This document shows, in pieces, positions 38,648 to 51,911 of a DNA stretch of 64,000 nt (position 1 is the stretch's first letter; each line of letters starts with the position of its first letter). Location: positions 186,001 to 250,000 of the forward strand of contig NW_019028996.1 in the NCBI RefSeq assembly GCF_002105155.1, read 5' to 3'. The DNA comes from Lobosporangium transversale (lineage: Eukaryota). The notes beneath the pieces are model-generated. The model ran no database searches, was not told the origin of the DNA, and worked only from the letters and a program-made list of their open reading frames with translations. The translations under genes and the position numbers were made by a program.

Positions 38648-41169
38648 TTAAGGTTTGTCTGAAATGTCCAAAAGAGTCATGTTGATCAAAGACATTGCCC
38701 GAATTTTGCCACTTGATACGCTTGAACGAGATGACCCTCTGTACTCATTCTTGATATACTTTGCTAACTATTTTTTTATTATTATTCAATACCAGGAAAC
38801 CATTTTAAGTATCCAAAAAAAATATATGCCAAGATTGAGCAATGAGAGAAAACTTTGACTTACATGGGACGAAAGTTCTTGAACAGAAGGTTGGGCCGCT
38901 TCAAGGCACATGGGCCCCATCAGCGTCTTTGACAGGACTGGAAGTGATGAGCAACCCATCAATTCTGGTTCAATCTTTGGATGTGCCAGAAAAGCATCCA
39001 ATACAAACAAATATCGCTGCGGTGGAAAGTGTTTTTATCATTCAAGCATCGAGAGTATACTCAGTTAGTCAAAAATTATTAGTCGCTTCATATAGCGTCA
39101 AAGGGTTAAAGAAAAAGTAAAATAAATTAAAATAAATTAAAAAAGACTCCTACTAATCGTCGCTCCCAGTTTTCATGTTCAATCCAGTCAATCATGTCTC
39201 GCAAGAGTCCTGTCATTACAGGTGTCCCTTGATTAGTGGCGTTCAATGCATTCAAGTCTTCACTCTGATCCACCAAAGACGATGATTTTTCTTGTTCGAG
39301 TGCAGCGACAACAACGTCGCAGATATCCTTGGCAATCCCCCAGAATACAAACGATATATCAATCTCAGTCTGTTGTGCTGGGGTCGAATTCGGTACTGAA
39401 AACGTAGTGTCTATCAGATCCTGTGTGGATGATTTATTTGACTTGTCTTCCGTCAACAAATCCGATAATAGCGACTGTTGCAATTTCGACCGCACAAGTT
39501 CTGTCTGTACATGTTGTGCCCGTTCATATACCAATCCTGCAGTCTCGTTCCTAAACTGGACAGACCCTGTCCCAGAACGCGCAACAGGGAACACATGGGA
39601 AGCCGTCATATCAAGTAGAGAAGCCCGTATTCCAGATCCATCCTTCGATGATGATATCTCATTCCAACCACCTGCCGCCATGCCTTGTACTCGTACTGTT
39701 CGTTTGAAAGGGTTTGTGCCTATCAACGCGACAGCTCCTTCTTTGGCCTTACTACTGGTATAGTTTGGATTATTATGGATTCCACCATGAGTTTCATCAC
39801 GCATACTATACTCGCCAACAAAGAGCTTTTGTCGCCGCTGCTCTTGTTCTCGGAAAGCAGCACGCATAGCCATCGGTGGTGGAGGCGCTGTCATGTCCTG
39901 TAGTTTTTCCACCAACCGTTTCATCAATGTAGGTTCTATTATCATTGTCGGATTTAAAAAAAAAAAAAAAAAAAAAAAAATCAAATAAATAAACTTTGTC
40001 GTTGGTTGACGGAGATCCTTCGAGCCTGTTGCTAGAGAGCATTAAATTGCATGCTTTTAGGAAGTTCATCGATATACCTGAATTGACATCATCATTCTCA
40101 AATTCTGGGTTCCCGAAGCCCGGAAGTGGAGGCATAGGCTTTTCGTCCTTCTTTTTGCTTTTTTTCTTTGGGATGCTTGGTCGAAGTGCATCCTTTTCAC
40201 TATCAGAGTCATCATGCTCTTTTTTTTATTTGAATTGCGGATTAATTTTAAAACTGAGGCTCTTTTTTTTTTTTTTTTTTTTTTTTTAGTTCTTTTACCT
40301 GGGTTTCCAAATCCTGGTAAGCCTTGAGTACTATTCCTCATTACCATCGCTTCTTTGTCTGTAAAACTATCCGAAAATCCCCCAACCAACTCTTCTTCCT
40401 GGACTGGATTCGCATGCATATACTCGATTAGATCCTACTCCGTTTTATATATATATAAAGATGTTACGTATTAAACTATTTCAGAATTGAAATTACAGTC
40501 TTTCCATTATCATTATCCACTTCAGTTTTTTTTTTTTTTTTTTTTTTTAAAAAAAAAAGTACCTCTGCAACATTTCTTATATCTTCGTTAAATCGATCCC
40601 CATGAATTTCATCCCATTGCCCTCGATATCCAACTATCTCTGCTAAAAGCCCCTTTCCTCGTCTTGCCAGATTAGTTCGAAACTCGGCTGAACCACTCTG
40701 AGCAAGCTGTCGGAGGATTTTGAGTGCCTTCAATAATACATGGGGTGATGATGAATAGGTCAACGATGAACTGGAGGTCACTGCTCCACCGCCAACACCA
40801 CCACCAAGGTTGGACAATGAGGATTTATCACCATTCACAGGAGTAATGATTTTGAGAAGCTGTGAAAGGGTGACAGAGCTGGTCCCAGGAGATTGCGTTA
40901 GACCTATTATTTTAACCGATTTGTTTTAAAATTTTAATACAAGTAATTTTTGTATTTGTGTTTTTTTTTTTTTTTTTTTTTTTTTCTTAATGTCCAGAAA
41001 AGTGGTTTGATATTTCCGTACGTGCAATCTCTGGAAACAAGTATCCAGGTGTGGGCTTTGTGTCATTCGAAATTGCTTTGGAAAGGACTGCATGCGTTGT
41101 GATGGTATCAATGGTTGAGCGTGTGATTTCGGTGATTTTTGTTTTCTTTTTGGAATCTGTGTTGTTCAT
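38648..41169 (-). CDS. TEPSIN: Tepsin (AP-4 accessory ENTH/VHS protein), multi-exon
   Basis: LSKAISNDTKPTPGYLFPEIA..SPHVLLKALKIL..YRGQWDEIHGDRFNEDIRNVAE matches the tepsin ENTH pattern (ATSDDDxPxPGYL.., GxxDxLHG). C-terminal helical VHS-like segment ..HENWERRLRYLFVL.. Confidence 0.8.
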
Positions 41170-41528
41170 GGCGAATAAGAGGATTTTTTTACAAATGGAA
41201 TTTTTTACATTCACTCATTTATTTCGAGTTGGTATGGTTGACATGTGTGTGTAACATTTCATGAACGGCGCAGTCATAGTGATCGAGCCAAAGACGCGTC
41301 GTTCAGGAGGGACAAGACGCGCTTTAACCTAAATACCTAAATATGAACCTTTTTTTTTTTTTTAATGTTTTATTTCTTTGAGATAAAGTAGACTCAGGAG
41401 GCACGGATAAGAGACAAAAAGGGTGTCAGGTTAGGACCATCGCTTTCAGACTTTAAAAATTCATTTTTTTGGTATGATCGCATTGAGAGCTGAGGCCACC
41501 TCATACTACATTCCAAGGTCTCTACTAG

Positions 41529-41558
41529 TTGTAGTAGTAGTAGTAGTAGTAGTAGTAG
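41529..41558. repeat. (TAG)n microsatellite
   Basis: Read directly from sequence. Confidence 0.8.
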
Positions 41559-41639
41559 GGATATCACCATAGTTTGGCATAGTGCTCTATTATTATCATC
41601 GCCAAGGGACCATGTTGCTTTGATGCTTAGCCCTCATGG

Positions 41640-43622
41640 TCAGTTATGCTGGCTGGGGTCTGAAGAAGAAGAGGAGGAGGAAGGCCCTTTACGAATCACC
41701 ATTAAAGGTACCACCACTATCACAGCTACGAACACCAAGAAACATAGACAGTTTTTCCAGTGTTGGTTCATCGCCCTTGAATACCGCCTTCGATGCCTCT
41801 GTGGTGAATTTGGCGGTTTACTACTTTCCAAAAGATACTCAGCGAATGTATCTGGACCATAGACTCCCTGACTCACGTGTGGTATCTGGTTCAGTGAACC
41901 ATCCTGAAGTTGCTGTCGTCGAGGTTGATCAAGAAGATCCTCAGCGCCATCACCTGTTCCTTCAGCAGTAGGACCCTCGCTACTTGCTCCACTAGGCCTT
42001 GTAGATGTCGTTGTTATCTTTGAGATTGTCGACGAACCAGTTTCTTGTGGTGAAAGCATTCCTCCCTGTGAGGCAAAGCTTACGTCTTTGGGTTGTGGGG
42101 CAGAGCTACTATTACTGCTCTTACTGGTGTACACTTCTTGAATCGGAACACTTCTTTGAAATCTCTTGTGCCGGCCTTTCAGCAATGCCTGGCTACCTAC
42201 AGCCGCATTACTGATATCCCCGCCATCGGCTCTCGCCTCTGTCCCATACTCATGCTCATGTGCAATAAACCAAATATGTTCTCTGTGCTCTGCCAAGCTT
42301 GGGCTAGCAGCCCCAGCACCTACATTGGTATCAGTTCCAATGCTAGGACTATTATTAGCATCAGCAGTACTAATACTGGCAATAGCATGGGAAGCATCGC
42401 CAGAGTTATGCCCATCCAAAGAATGTTGTCTCATCAGTAAATCGTGGCGACTAGAAGAGATGTCGACATTTTCAATACCATAAAAGGGCACATCATATAA
42501 AAGATATTGTTTTGTACGGATTGGACGACGAACCCCTAGAATAGGCCCCGGATCAACTTGTGGATGGACCTGATGACCAGGAGAGCATGGAATAGAGGCC
42601 AAGGTGCTTTTGTTCTTTTGAGATTTTGTTCTAGAGGTACCAAGTAGATAATGGCTGCTATTGTTATACGAATAAAGATGATAAGGACTCCTGCCTAGTG
42701 AGGTCGAGCCACTCGAGGATAAGTTCTTTAATCGCACAGGGAGAGATGGCCTCTTGTAGTCAATACTTGTTAATGAAGGTCTATTCGGGTACTTGAAATC
42801 ATTGCAAATGCCACTACTGACGACAACGCCATTCGCCACTTGTAAATCTATGGAAGGAAGCATGCTATTCTCCGCTCTGCTTCCTCGAGTTGCTGCTGTA
42901 GTTGGTAGAGGGATCAGGGTTGTGCGTGGATGAGGATCTAGACTGTATTCTGTGTTGTTCTTTGAGGCATCATTCGTAGCGACGATACTGTTGCTGCCGC
43001 TTGCTTCGCTTTGGTTTTGGCTTCGATTTTGGCTTTGATGCATTGATCGCTGCCCAATGAGCTCTTTACGAACATCAGTCAAAGATTCGTTCTGCACTAT
43101 CGCCTTCACTGTCACAGGTCGAGGATCGTTAGAGGATGAAAAAGTGATTCCTTTCCCTATATTTTGTTGATTCAATTGAAAGAGTGGTATCTTGTCGATA
43201 GAAGGGATCGACGGTGAGGGTTCTGTCTTGTCGATTATATCTCCTCGCCATTGCTCAACCACAGGTGGATGTGAAGGTGGTGAGGGTTCATGCTCCATAC
43301 TAAAGGGCTTGACCTCGGTCTCGGTCTCGTTCCTGGCTCTGTCGTAGTTAATGCCCTGTTGCAAGGTATTGAATAAAGAATGGTTATTAGGTGGTGTTTG
43401 TGGTGAGGACAGATAGCGGAGTGGTAGAGACGACGGCGTTTGTTGAAGAGAAGCAACGGCTTTTTGCCTGCTCTGGTCACTGACAATATGCTTTGTGATA
43501 ACAGGATGAAGCGCTGGTTGCTTAACTTCATGATAAGGCGCATCTTTGTCAAGAAAGTCAAGGACCTGGTGTTCAATGAGATATGAATGATGTTCTAACG
43601 CTGTTGGCTCGCTTTCTTTCAT
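41640..43622 (-). CDS. Hypothetical 660-aa S/P-rich protein with a single C-terminal transmembrane helix (tail-anchor/type II-like)
   Basis: Intronless long ORF. Basic stretch RHRRRYSR followed by CLCFLVFVAVIVVVPLMVI near the C-terminus. Confidence 0.75.
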   Translation of the reverse strand: MKESEPTALEHHSYLIEHQVLDFLDKDAPYHEVKQPALHPVITKHIVSDQSRQKAVASLQQTPSSLPLRYLSSPQTPPNNHSLFNTLQQGINYDRARNETETEVKPFSMEHEPSPPSHPPVVEQWRGDIIDKTEPSPSIPSIDKIPLFQLNQQNIGKGITFSSSNDPRPVTVKAIVQNESLTDVRKELIGQRSMHQSQNRSQNQSEASGSNSIVATNDASKNNTEYSLDPHPRTTLIPLPTTAATRGSRAENSMLPSIDLQVANGVVVSSGICNDFKYPNRPSLTSIDYKRPSLPVRLKNLSSSGSTSLGRSPYHLYSYNNSSHYLLGTSRTKSQKNKSTLASIPCSPGHQVHPQVDPGPILGVRRPIRTKQYLLYDVPFYGIENVDISSSRHDLLMRQHSLDGHNSGDASHAIASISTADANNSPSIGTDTNVGAGAASPSLAEHREHIWFIAHEHEYGTEARADGGDISNAAVGSQALLKGRHKRFQRSVPIQEVYTSKSSNSSSAPQPKDVSFASQGGMLSPQETGSSTISKITTTSTRPSGASSEGPTAEGTGDGAEDLLDQPRRQQLQDGSLNQIPHVSQGVYGPDTFAEYLLESSKPPNSPQRHRRRYSRAMNQHWKNCLCFLVFVAVIVVVPLMVIRKGPSSSSSSSDPSQHN

Positions 43623-43693
43623 TGCTACAGGAAGGTATAGGGTATAGGATAGTACTAAAGAAGATTTAAAAAGCTGTAAAAATCATTAAAGCG

Positions 43694-43729
<36 letters not shown>

Positions 43730-43919
43730 TTTATTTTATGTTCAGAAGCAGACGGCCATGCTAGCGATTGTAAAAAAAGATGATTGATCAGGGGATCGGC
43801 GCAATAGCTTCAACAATAATCAGCTTCTTTTTTTATTATCATTCGCTTTGTCAACGCATTATTTACAACAAAGAGTGATTTCTTGCTCTATGGTATTTAC
43901 ACCCCCATGGCGAGAGATG

Positions 43920-43953
<34 letters not shown>

Positions 43954-43961
<8 letters not shown>

Positions 43962-46545
43962 AGGCAGCCTCGCGCTGTAACCACTTGAAGCCTGGGCTGT
44001 CCTTGACCAAGAAAGGTGAAACCTTGGCTAGGCACTCAGCGTGATAGGCGTTGATCCATTCAATCTCCAGGTGTGTCAGTAGTGAGCGGTCGATCATCTT
44101 GAGTTGAATAGGGACTAAAGTCACATGTTCAAAACCATAGTAACCACGTCCTCCAAAGTTGTTGAGAGTCTCGACTTTGCGCACCAGCATGACGTTCTCA
44201 ATACGGATACCGAATTTCCCATCCTCGTAATAGCCGGGCTCGTTTGTCAATGTCATGCCTGGGACCAAGGGAATATCGTTGTAAGCAATACGAGTGCCAC
44301 ATCCGTGAGGTCCCTCATGTACGTTCAAGAAAGCACCAACGCCATGTCCAGTTCCGTGGCGGAAATCGAGGCCATCAGCCCATAGAGCACGACGAGCCAA
44401 AACGTCCAAAAGATACCCAGATGTGCCTTCAGGGAAGACCGCAGTGTCGATGGCGATGTGTCCTTGAAGGACACGAGTGAAGGCACGCTTCTCAAAGTCA
44501 TTGGGCGTTTTGAAGTGGAGTGTGCGAGTGACATCAGTTGTTCCATCGATGTATTGTCCGCCAGAATCGCAAAGGTAGACTAGATCAGGATTGATGCGAG
44601 CAGCTTTAGGCTTCTCAGGTTTGTAGTGAATAATGGCTCCGTTAGGGCCTGTCGAAGAAATGGTGTCGAAGGAAAGACCAACAAATCCAGCTTGCTCACT
44701 ATGAAATGGATTTTTTTAGATAAAAAAAAAAAAAAAAAAAAAAAAAGTTACAGAATCAGATCAAATAATTGAAAAAGGTCAAACATAATTGATATGAAGG
44801 AACCAGATCAAAGAATATTGCTGTTATTGCCTCAGGAAGATACATACGCTCTGAACTGCTCCAAGCGTGCAGCACCATCGGCCTCATCAAGCTCGACGCC
44901 ATTAGTAAGTTGTTCCTCAAGCCAAGCAAAGTAATTGATAAGAGCAGCTGAGTCGCGCAAGTGGCACTGGCGCATACCCTCCAACTCTGCCTCGTTCTTA
45001 ATGGCCTTGGCATCCGTGACAGGAGAACGGGCCTCGACAGTATTATCTTTACCTAAAGCAACAGCCATAGCAAGGTTGGTACGGGTACCTAGAAGGAACT
45101 TTTGCTTGTTGGTCTGAAGGGTTGGTGCCAAAGCACGGAGGTCATCAAAGAGGCTTTCGTAGGGTTTGATGGTGACCTCAGCTCCAAGGTGATCCCTGAC
45201 CTCTTGCGAGACCGACTTCTTCTGAAGATATAGGCTGACATAGTCAGGAGTGACGACAGCATAGGAGAAGAAAACGGGGTTACAGTGTACATCTGATCCA
45301 CGTAGGTTGAACAACCAAGCAACCTCATCTAGACCGGAGACAACAAATCCAGCTACACCTTTCTTCTCAAGGTCTTTGCGCAGCTGCTCGATTTTCTCAG
45401 AATGAGTGCGACCTGTAGTCTTTGTGGTGAGAACGAGCAATTTGCTGGCAGGACGAGCTGGGCGATTTTCCCAGACCAAATCAACCAAGTTCTCAGTGGG
45501 GACCAAGGTCGATCCAACCTTGGCGAGATCAGTCTCGAGCTTCTTAGCATCGGCTATCAAGTGAGAAGAAAAGTGGAATAAGAAAAAAGTCGGACTGTCA
45601 ATTTCTACTGATGCTCTGTTTTTTTTTAGACTGAACCCACTTTTCCACCACCGAGTCGCAAGCCCAAATGTCCAAGCTATGATAGTACCCCTGTCCTGAA
45701 TGATGCCATTTGGTCTTTTGACGTCAAGGCGGATCCTAGACCACAGCAAGTCACATAATAAATTTATTACATCTTATAACTTACTGGCGGTGAAAACAAG
45801 AGGATCGATACCAATTCGGGAACCAGCAGGGAGGTTCTGGAAACGAGGGAAAAATAAACCGCGGCAAGGGTTTTCGCAATCAAACGACAGGCAGAATGGC
45901 GTATCACTTTAGTCTCGAATACTGGCAAAAGTAACTAAAAATATTTAAAAGAAACCGATGGTCCCGTATAGAATTGGTTGTGTTGATTTACCTTGACAAG
46001 GTACTCCTGCCAGGTAGGAACCTCGGGGAGGCCAGACTTCATCAAAGTCCAGTTTGTGTCCAATTGCTGCGAAGCTTGCAAGAAGTAACGGCCATCTGTG
46101 AAGAGTGCAGCCGAATCCATTGAGACAACCGCCAATCCTGCAGAGCCAGTGAATCCAGAAATATAGGCACGACGTTCATCGCATTCGGCAACGTATTCAC
46201 TCTAACGCATGGAATAAATGTAAAAAAGGACAAGAAGAAAGAAAAATGTTGGTGAGCATGGCTTTTTTGTCTTGATGATTCAGAAAAAAAAGGTCATGCT
46301 ACTTGCAATTGGTGATTGCAATGGCCACACACCTGATGAGCATCTTCTGAAGGAACAACGCTACACATTCAAACGATTTAGAAGCACAGTAATGAGCGTG
46401 AGAAAAATAATTGATTGCTGATAAACATTATGTATCAGATAACAAGAGGTCAGGAAGCGAGTAAGGCTTACAATGCAGTAACATTGTGCTTTTGCATCAA
46501 CTCACGCAGCTTTTGCAGACGAGTTGTGGTGTTGGTGGCGGTCAT
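43954..46545 (-). CDS. FRA1: Xaa-Pro aminopeptidase (aminopeptidase P, M24B; FRA1/XPNPEP1-like)
   Basis: [83 protein letters not shown] and [17 protein letters not shown]. Confidence 0.95.
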
Positions 46546-48535
46546 GATGGAAGGATATAGGAGGCACAGTGAGGGAGGATCAAGTTGAGGAAAGAAGAGC
46601 GAAGAAAAAAAAAAAAAAAAAAAAGTGGGGAAGTGGACTTTTTGTACTAAAAGGTTCAGCCAACCAGTGCACGGCGATACTCAAGTGAGCCTGCGGATCA
46701 GAATGCAAGCACAATCAAAGAGACAGAGCTGATGGGAAAATGCTCAATAGAAAAGGATGGTATGGACCCCGCATTTGGAAGCGTATTTCAATTTCACTGC
46801 CCCACATCACTGTTCACCCTCATTTCTTCTCTTTACCTCTTTGCCTCTTCACCTGATGGGTGTTGATCTCAATGTTATTCTTTGTTCTTTCAGAAATAGT
46901 CGAAACACAGCAAAAACACAACCAGTATCCAACACGCGTAGAAAAAAAACCCCCGGAGTACACACGCCGCTTAATTTCTGGTGGTCGTGTACAAATGAAG
47001 TAAACAACAGTGATTTGTTCCGAAGCAAAGGCAACTCAAGCTGTCAACACTTCAACGATGGGGGAGGGGTCTAGACTAAAAAATGGAAACAATTTATCAT
47101 CTCGCTCACTCAATTGGAGTCAGGGGTTCCGCGTTGGGGAACAAAATCCATAGAAGCAAACAACAATATATAGATTTGACAGCATATTCTTGACATGTAT
47201 CCGGTATTTGGCTTATCTGGACCATAAACCTAACTTGAATTACCTGAGTGCATTCCGTTGCTTATAATTTTCACTATGCTATTACCACTTTTTGTGCCCT
47301 CATGGACCTAATATGGTCTGTCCAAGAGTGATTATTCAAGATTGCACTTGACGATATTCAGAAAGGGTCTGGTAATATCTATTTGACATGGCTCGTCTCA
47401 TTGTATTCTCGAAAGTGTGTGTTTTTTTTTTTTTTTTTTTTTTATTACGTGCATTTTGTTACCTAGATCGATGCTTCTCAGGTTGTCTGAATTGAGGACT
47501 ATATTAGTGTAGACACGCACTGAAATTAGGACAATAATCATGAGCCGCATACTTTTTTGGAATGCATTTAGGACGTTGCATGATCCAACACTATTCCAAA
47601 TAGCCACAATGAACTTGAAGAGTACTAAATTCAGTCCACTCACAAACCCATTAGCTGTCAAACATTTTCTGGAAGCTAGAAATGACATCGAGGATAGGGA
47701 ATATCATATCATCATAGAGGTAGTCTAAAACCCGAGAAAGAGAACGAGTCGATCTAGTGACCTCGGATTTGCAGTAATCCGCATTTGACCTTGATGTCTC
47801 TGTTTTCTTTGAGGATTGGAGAGCACTGGGGGCACTCTAGTGCGAGAGACTATGGCCAATAGTCCTGCTGCTGATGGTAAATAGCAAACTTCTTTTCATG
47901 CCGACGGCAGGAAAGCCATGAAGACGGAGTATATATAGATCCTTGGTAGGTTGTTGATGTGGTTCGTAAAAGGCAAGCTGGAAGTTGAAGAAACCTTTGT
48001 CTTATTAATTGATCTTGTCAACTTGTCAACTTGTCAAATAGAAGGAGATCAAGTGATATCGGAGCAAATCGTCATTACAGCATTTTGGATCAAAGGAGTT
48101 GATAAGCTGTTTAAATACGCGTATCTCGGATTTCAACTCCGCCCACAGCATTGCCGCACAGTCAGACGCAAATTATCAGTCGCATGGGCAGGGATGAGAA
48201 AAAGGGGAAGGTGTGATGGACTAAATAAGGAAGGAGTATCGCGTGTGTTTCCTTGTGTCCAAGGACTCTCTCTCTCTCTTATCTCCATTGTCTTCTTTCT
48301 TCTTTCTCTTTCTCTCTTTCTCTCTTTCTCCTCTATTCCTCTATTCCTCTCTTTCCTCTCTTCCTTCCTTTTTTTTTTTTTTTTTTCTTCTTTTCTTCAT
48401 TCACTCATTCTCCTCATCTCTTCTACAGTTTCTGAACAAACTCTTGCTCAACTATTGACAGACTTTATTCTTTACATCAAACAAGCTTTTCACCCGCCAC
48501 ATCCTCCACCTCCTTCTTCCCCCTTTTTTTATATC

Positions 48536-48675
48536 ATGTACGACGATAACCATTACCCAACCGACATCCGTGAATATCTTTACAAAATCCTTGTCATTGG
48601 CGACCTCGGCACCGGCAAGACCTCAATCATCAAGCGCTACGTCCACAACATCTTTTCTATAAACTACAAATCTAC

Positions 48676-48706
<31 letters not shown>

Positions 48707-50397
48707 GACATGACAAGCGACTGCATGACATGACATTACAAGATGAAATGGCATGAACAAGGCATGAAACGACTTGACTTTTGCATGACAAAAGGGAGGA
48801 GTGAAATCTCTCTTTCTTTGTGACCTATTGACACAATACACTATCTCTGGGACACCTTTTTTTTCTTGTTCAAACAAGACCACAACAATTACGACCACCA
48901 CAACAGCAACAACAACAAAAGGAAAGCTCTACTGTGGACACGAGATGTTCAATCTACTCACTTTTTTTTATTCGCTCTTCTTTTTTTTTTTTTTTTTTTT
49001 TTTTTTTCCTTCTTTTCTGGTCTCACCTATTCTTTAAATGACAGATCGGCGTGGATTTTGCGCTCAAGGTCATCCAATGGTCACCCGATACCGTTGTTAG
49101 GATGCAATTGTGGGACATTGCAGGCCAAGAAAAGTTTTCCGGATTGACAAGGGTAAAAAAAAATAATACTTTTTCTCGCCTCTCATCAATCTTTTTCTTC
49201 CAGGGTTGTGATACAGAAATTTCGTCAAAAATGCAGATGATCACGTTCAGACACACAATTGGATACAGTAAGAGCAATCATACAGTTGTTCTCTCTTTCT
49301 TATTGCGCCATCTCAAAGAAAAAAAAGATTATGCAAAGTGAGACGGGTGGTTCGGGATTTCATGTTGTCTTTGTACTACCAGGATGAGCCATATTGTTGC
49401 TGCAGATTCGCCCTGGAGATCGCATTTTCTCAGCATGTCTTTTTGTTTTGACCTCCTTTTTTCCTTGTGTCTTGTCCAACACCCGTAGCACATGGCATTA
49501 TTGTTAGATGTTCGAAGCGTACAGGAAAAAAAAAAAAAAAAAAAAAAAAAGAGCTTTGAGTCAGTCCCATTATCACTTGGTTGTCGGGAAATATTCCTGT
49601 TAGAACCATTAGGTGATGACTGGAAGGTTTTTGTATCACCCTTTTTATCGCAAATCATGTGTATAGGTGTTATCTTTTTAAAACAAAACCTTGGAACAAC
49701 GGCTTTCCGGATGCGGATCGGGTTTACTAGCAGACTTTGTATGCTTGATATTGCCTTTATTTATTTTCATCTCTATATCCTATCCTTGTGTTAAAATTAG
49801 GTGTACTACAAGGAAGCCGTTGCAGCATTAGTTGTGTATGACGTGACCCGCCCAAAGACATTTGAGGCAGTACCTAAATGGAAAGCAGATCTGGACTCCA
49901 AAGTCTCACTGCCTGGAGGAGAACCTATCCCTGCTATTCTCCTCGCCAATAAGGTATATCCAAATATATTGTTTTTTTTTTTTTTTTTTTTTTTTTTTCG
50001 TTTGTTAATCTAGCTTTCAATTATTTTTTTTTGAAGACTGATCTGCATGAAGATCCAAACGCAGGACTCGATCCACAAGAAATGGACAAGTTTTGTGAAG
50101 AACATGGATTCCTGAAATGGTGTGTAGGCCTACTGGAGATAAAAAAAAAAAAAAAAAGATCTATGCTTTGTTTTGATACGCGAGAGATCTTTTACATAAA
50201 CTAAAGCAAAAAGAATATTTTTTTGTGGTTCTAGGTTCGGAACTTCAGCCAAAGACAACAGTAACATTGATGATGCAGCTCGCTTCTTGCTGGAGGAGAT
50301 CATGAATAAGGAAGCAGAGCATGCGCACCAACAAGCACAGGATACAACAGACAGAGTGCAGTTGAACCAGCCCCGTGCAAAAGAGGGATGCTGCTGA
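48536..50397 (+). CDS. RAB32: Rab32/Rab38-family small GTPase, 5 exons
   Basis: EYLYKILVIGDLGTGKTSIIKRYVH..KST|IGVDFALKVIQW..LWDIAGQE..TR|VYYKEAV..KWKADLDSKV..PIPAILLANK..TSAKDN..GCC*. WDIAGQE is the Rab32-clade signature. Confidence 0.92.
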
Positions 50398-50835
50398 TTG
50401 ATTGACTTTCGCTCCTATGGATGTCTCTTTTGTACACACGTGCAACTAAAAAGCCCTCTAAACCAACCAACATGCACCCGCAGGCATTTACATGGCGTAT
50501 ATTGACGCTCTTTTTTCCTCCTTTCCCCTTTCCCTCCTTGTCTCATTTTCGCTCATTCGCTTTTAGCCTCTCGTCCTTACTGCCTCTTTTCAAACGTATT
50601 CCGTTTTTTTTCTCTCTCTTTCTTCATCTCACAATGTATTGGGTCTCATTTTTTCATCCTTTACGATCCCCCTACTGTGTACAATAGTTAATAATAAAAG
50701 CTTGACCATGTTTAAGGACAGGATCAATTCTTTACTCTTTTGTTTTGCTTTTTAATATTTATTATTATTATTATTTATTATTATTATTATTTATTATTAT
50801 TATTATTCTTTTATTTTATTTTATTTTTATTTTTT

Positions 50836-51690
50836 TTAAGAATCTTGGGAATATGGAAATTGCTCTGATTTGTAGTTTACAAAGCATCGGAAATCATTCG
50901 ATAATCCATTTTGATGTCCAGGATGGAAAGTCGTCAGCTGGAGTCCGTCGGCTTTCGCGATCTCAAGCATGACAGCGCCTGTGCATAAGACTACTTTGCC
51001 ACCCTTCTTGAGTAACATACGCACGGTCTGCAAAGTCTTTGTGAGACACTCTTCGCTCAAAAATGGAGGATCGACCACAATCATATCGACCGATCCCTTG
51101 AGTTCGTCCGCCAATCGAAATTCGAGAGGCTTAGAGTAATCGTAATGAATAAATTGACGACCATAGACATCGAAACGGGTGTCGTATTCGAACAAAAAGA
51201 GATTGTTGGGGTTTGGAGGGCTCATGGACTAGGAAAAAAACATCAGGAAAAAAAGAGGAAAAAAAAAAAAAAAGTTATTATTGTGTATAAACATACTTTT
51301 TTTTTTTTTTTTTTTTTTTTTTTCCCCCTTCTTCTTCTTCTTCTTCATCTTCTTTACCATCAATTTTACATAGGCAGTGGGCGAGCTGATACAACAGACA
51401 ATACTCTGTTGATCTGTGTTGTTCAGGATCTCTCGAGCCAATTTCTCTGAAGTAGCGTCATCATACCAAAACTGACTTAATTGCCAATCTTCTCTGAAAA
51501 AATCCATGGTGATAGCAGGCTTGTTTTGAGTGTTGTTATTTTCATGACTATCCTGAGCTTCATCAAAACGTTCCTCTGCCTGCTGACGAAGTGTCTCGAA
51601 TCGTTCCTGTTGCTCCTGTTGCTCCTGCATGACTTGTTGAAGAGCCTTGAGAGTCTCGGGTGATAGTTCGAGGTCAGAATCTGAATCCAT
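50836..51690 (-). CDS. EFM5: eEF1A lysine methyltransferase (EFM5/EEF1AKMT1/N6AMT2), 2 exons
   Basis: EDWQLSQFWYD, CISSPT, LFEYDTRF, YDYSKP and VVDPPFLSEEC. Confidence 0.95.
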
Positions 51691-51911
51691 TGTGTTTCTT
51701 TTATGTGTGTGTGTGTTCGGTGATTCTGTAAATTCGTAAAGTCAATGTCGGTTGAATAAAAGAATGAACGAATGGAAGTTTGCTTTCAACGCTTGTTGTT
51801 TTATCACTATCGTGACTGTCGTTGTTTCATAAATGTAAAAAAAAAAAAAAAGTCGGAAGGGTCCTTCCACTTCTCTTTCTTGAAATTGCTAAAGACCAAC
51901 TTTGTTGAAAA

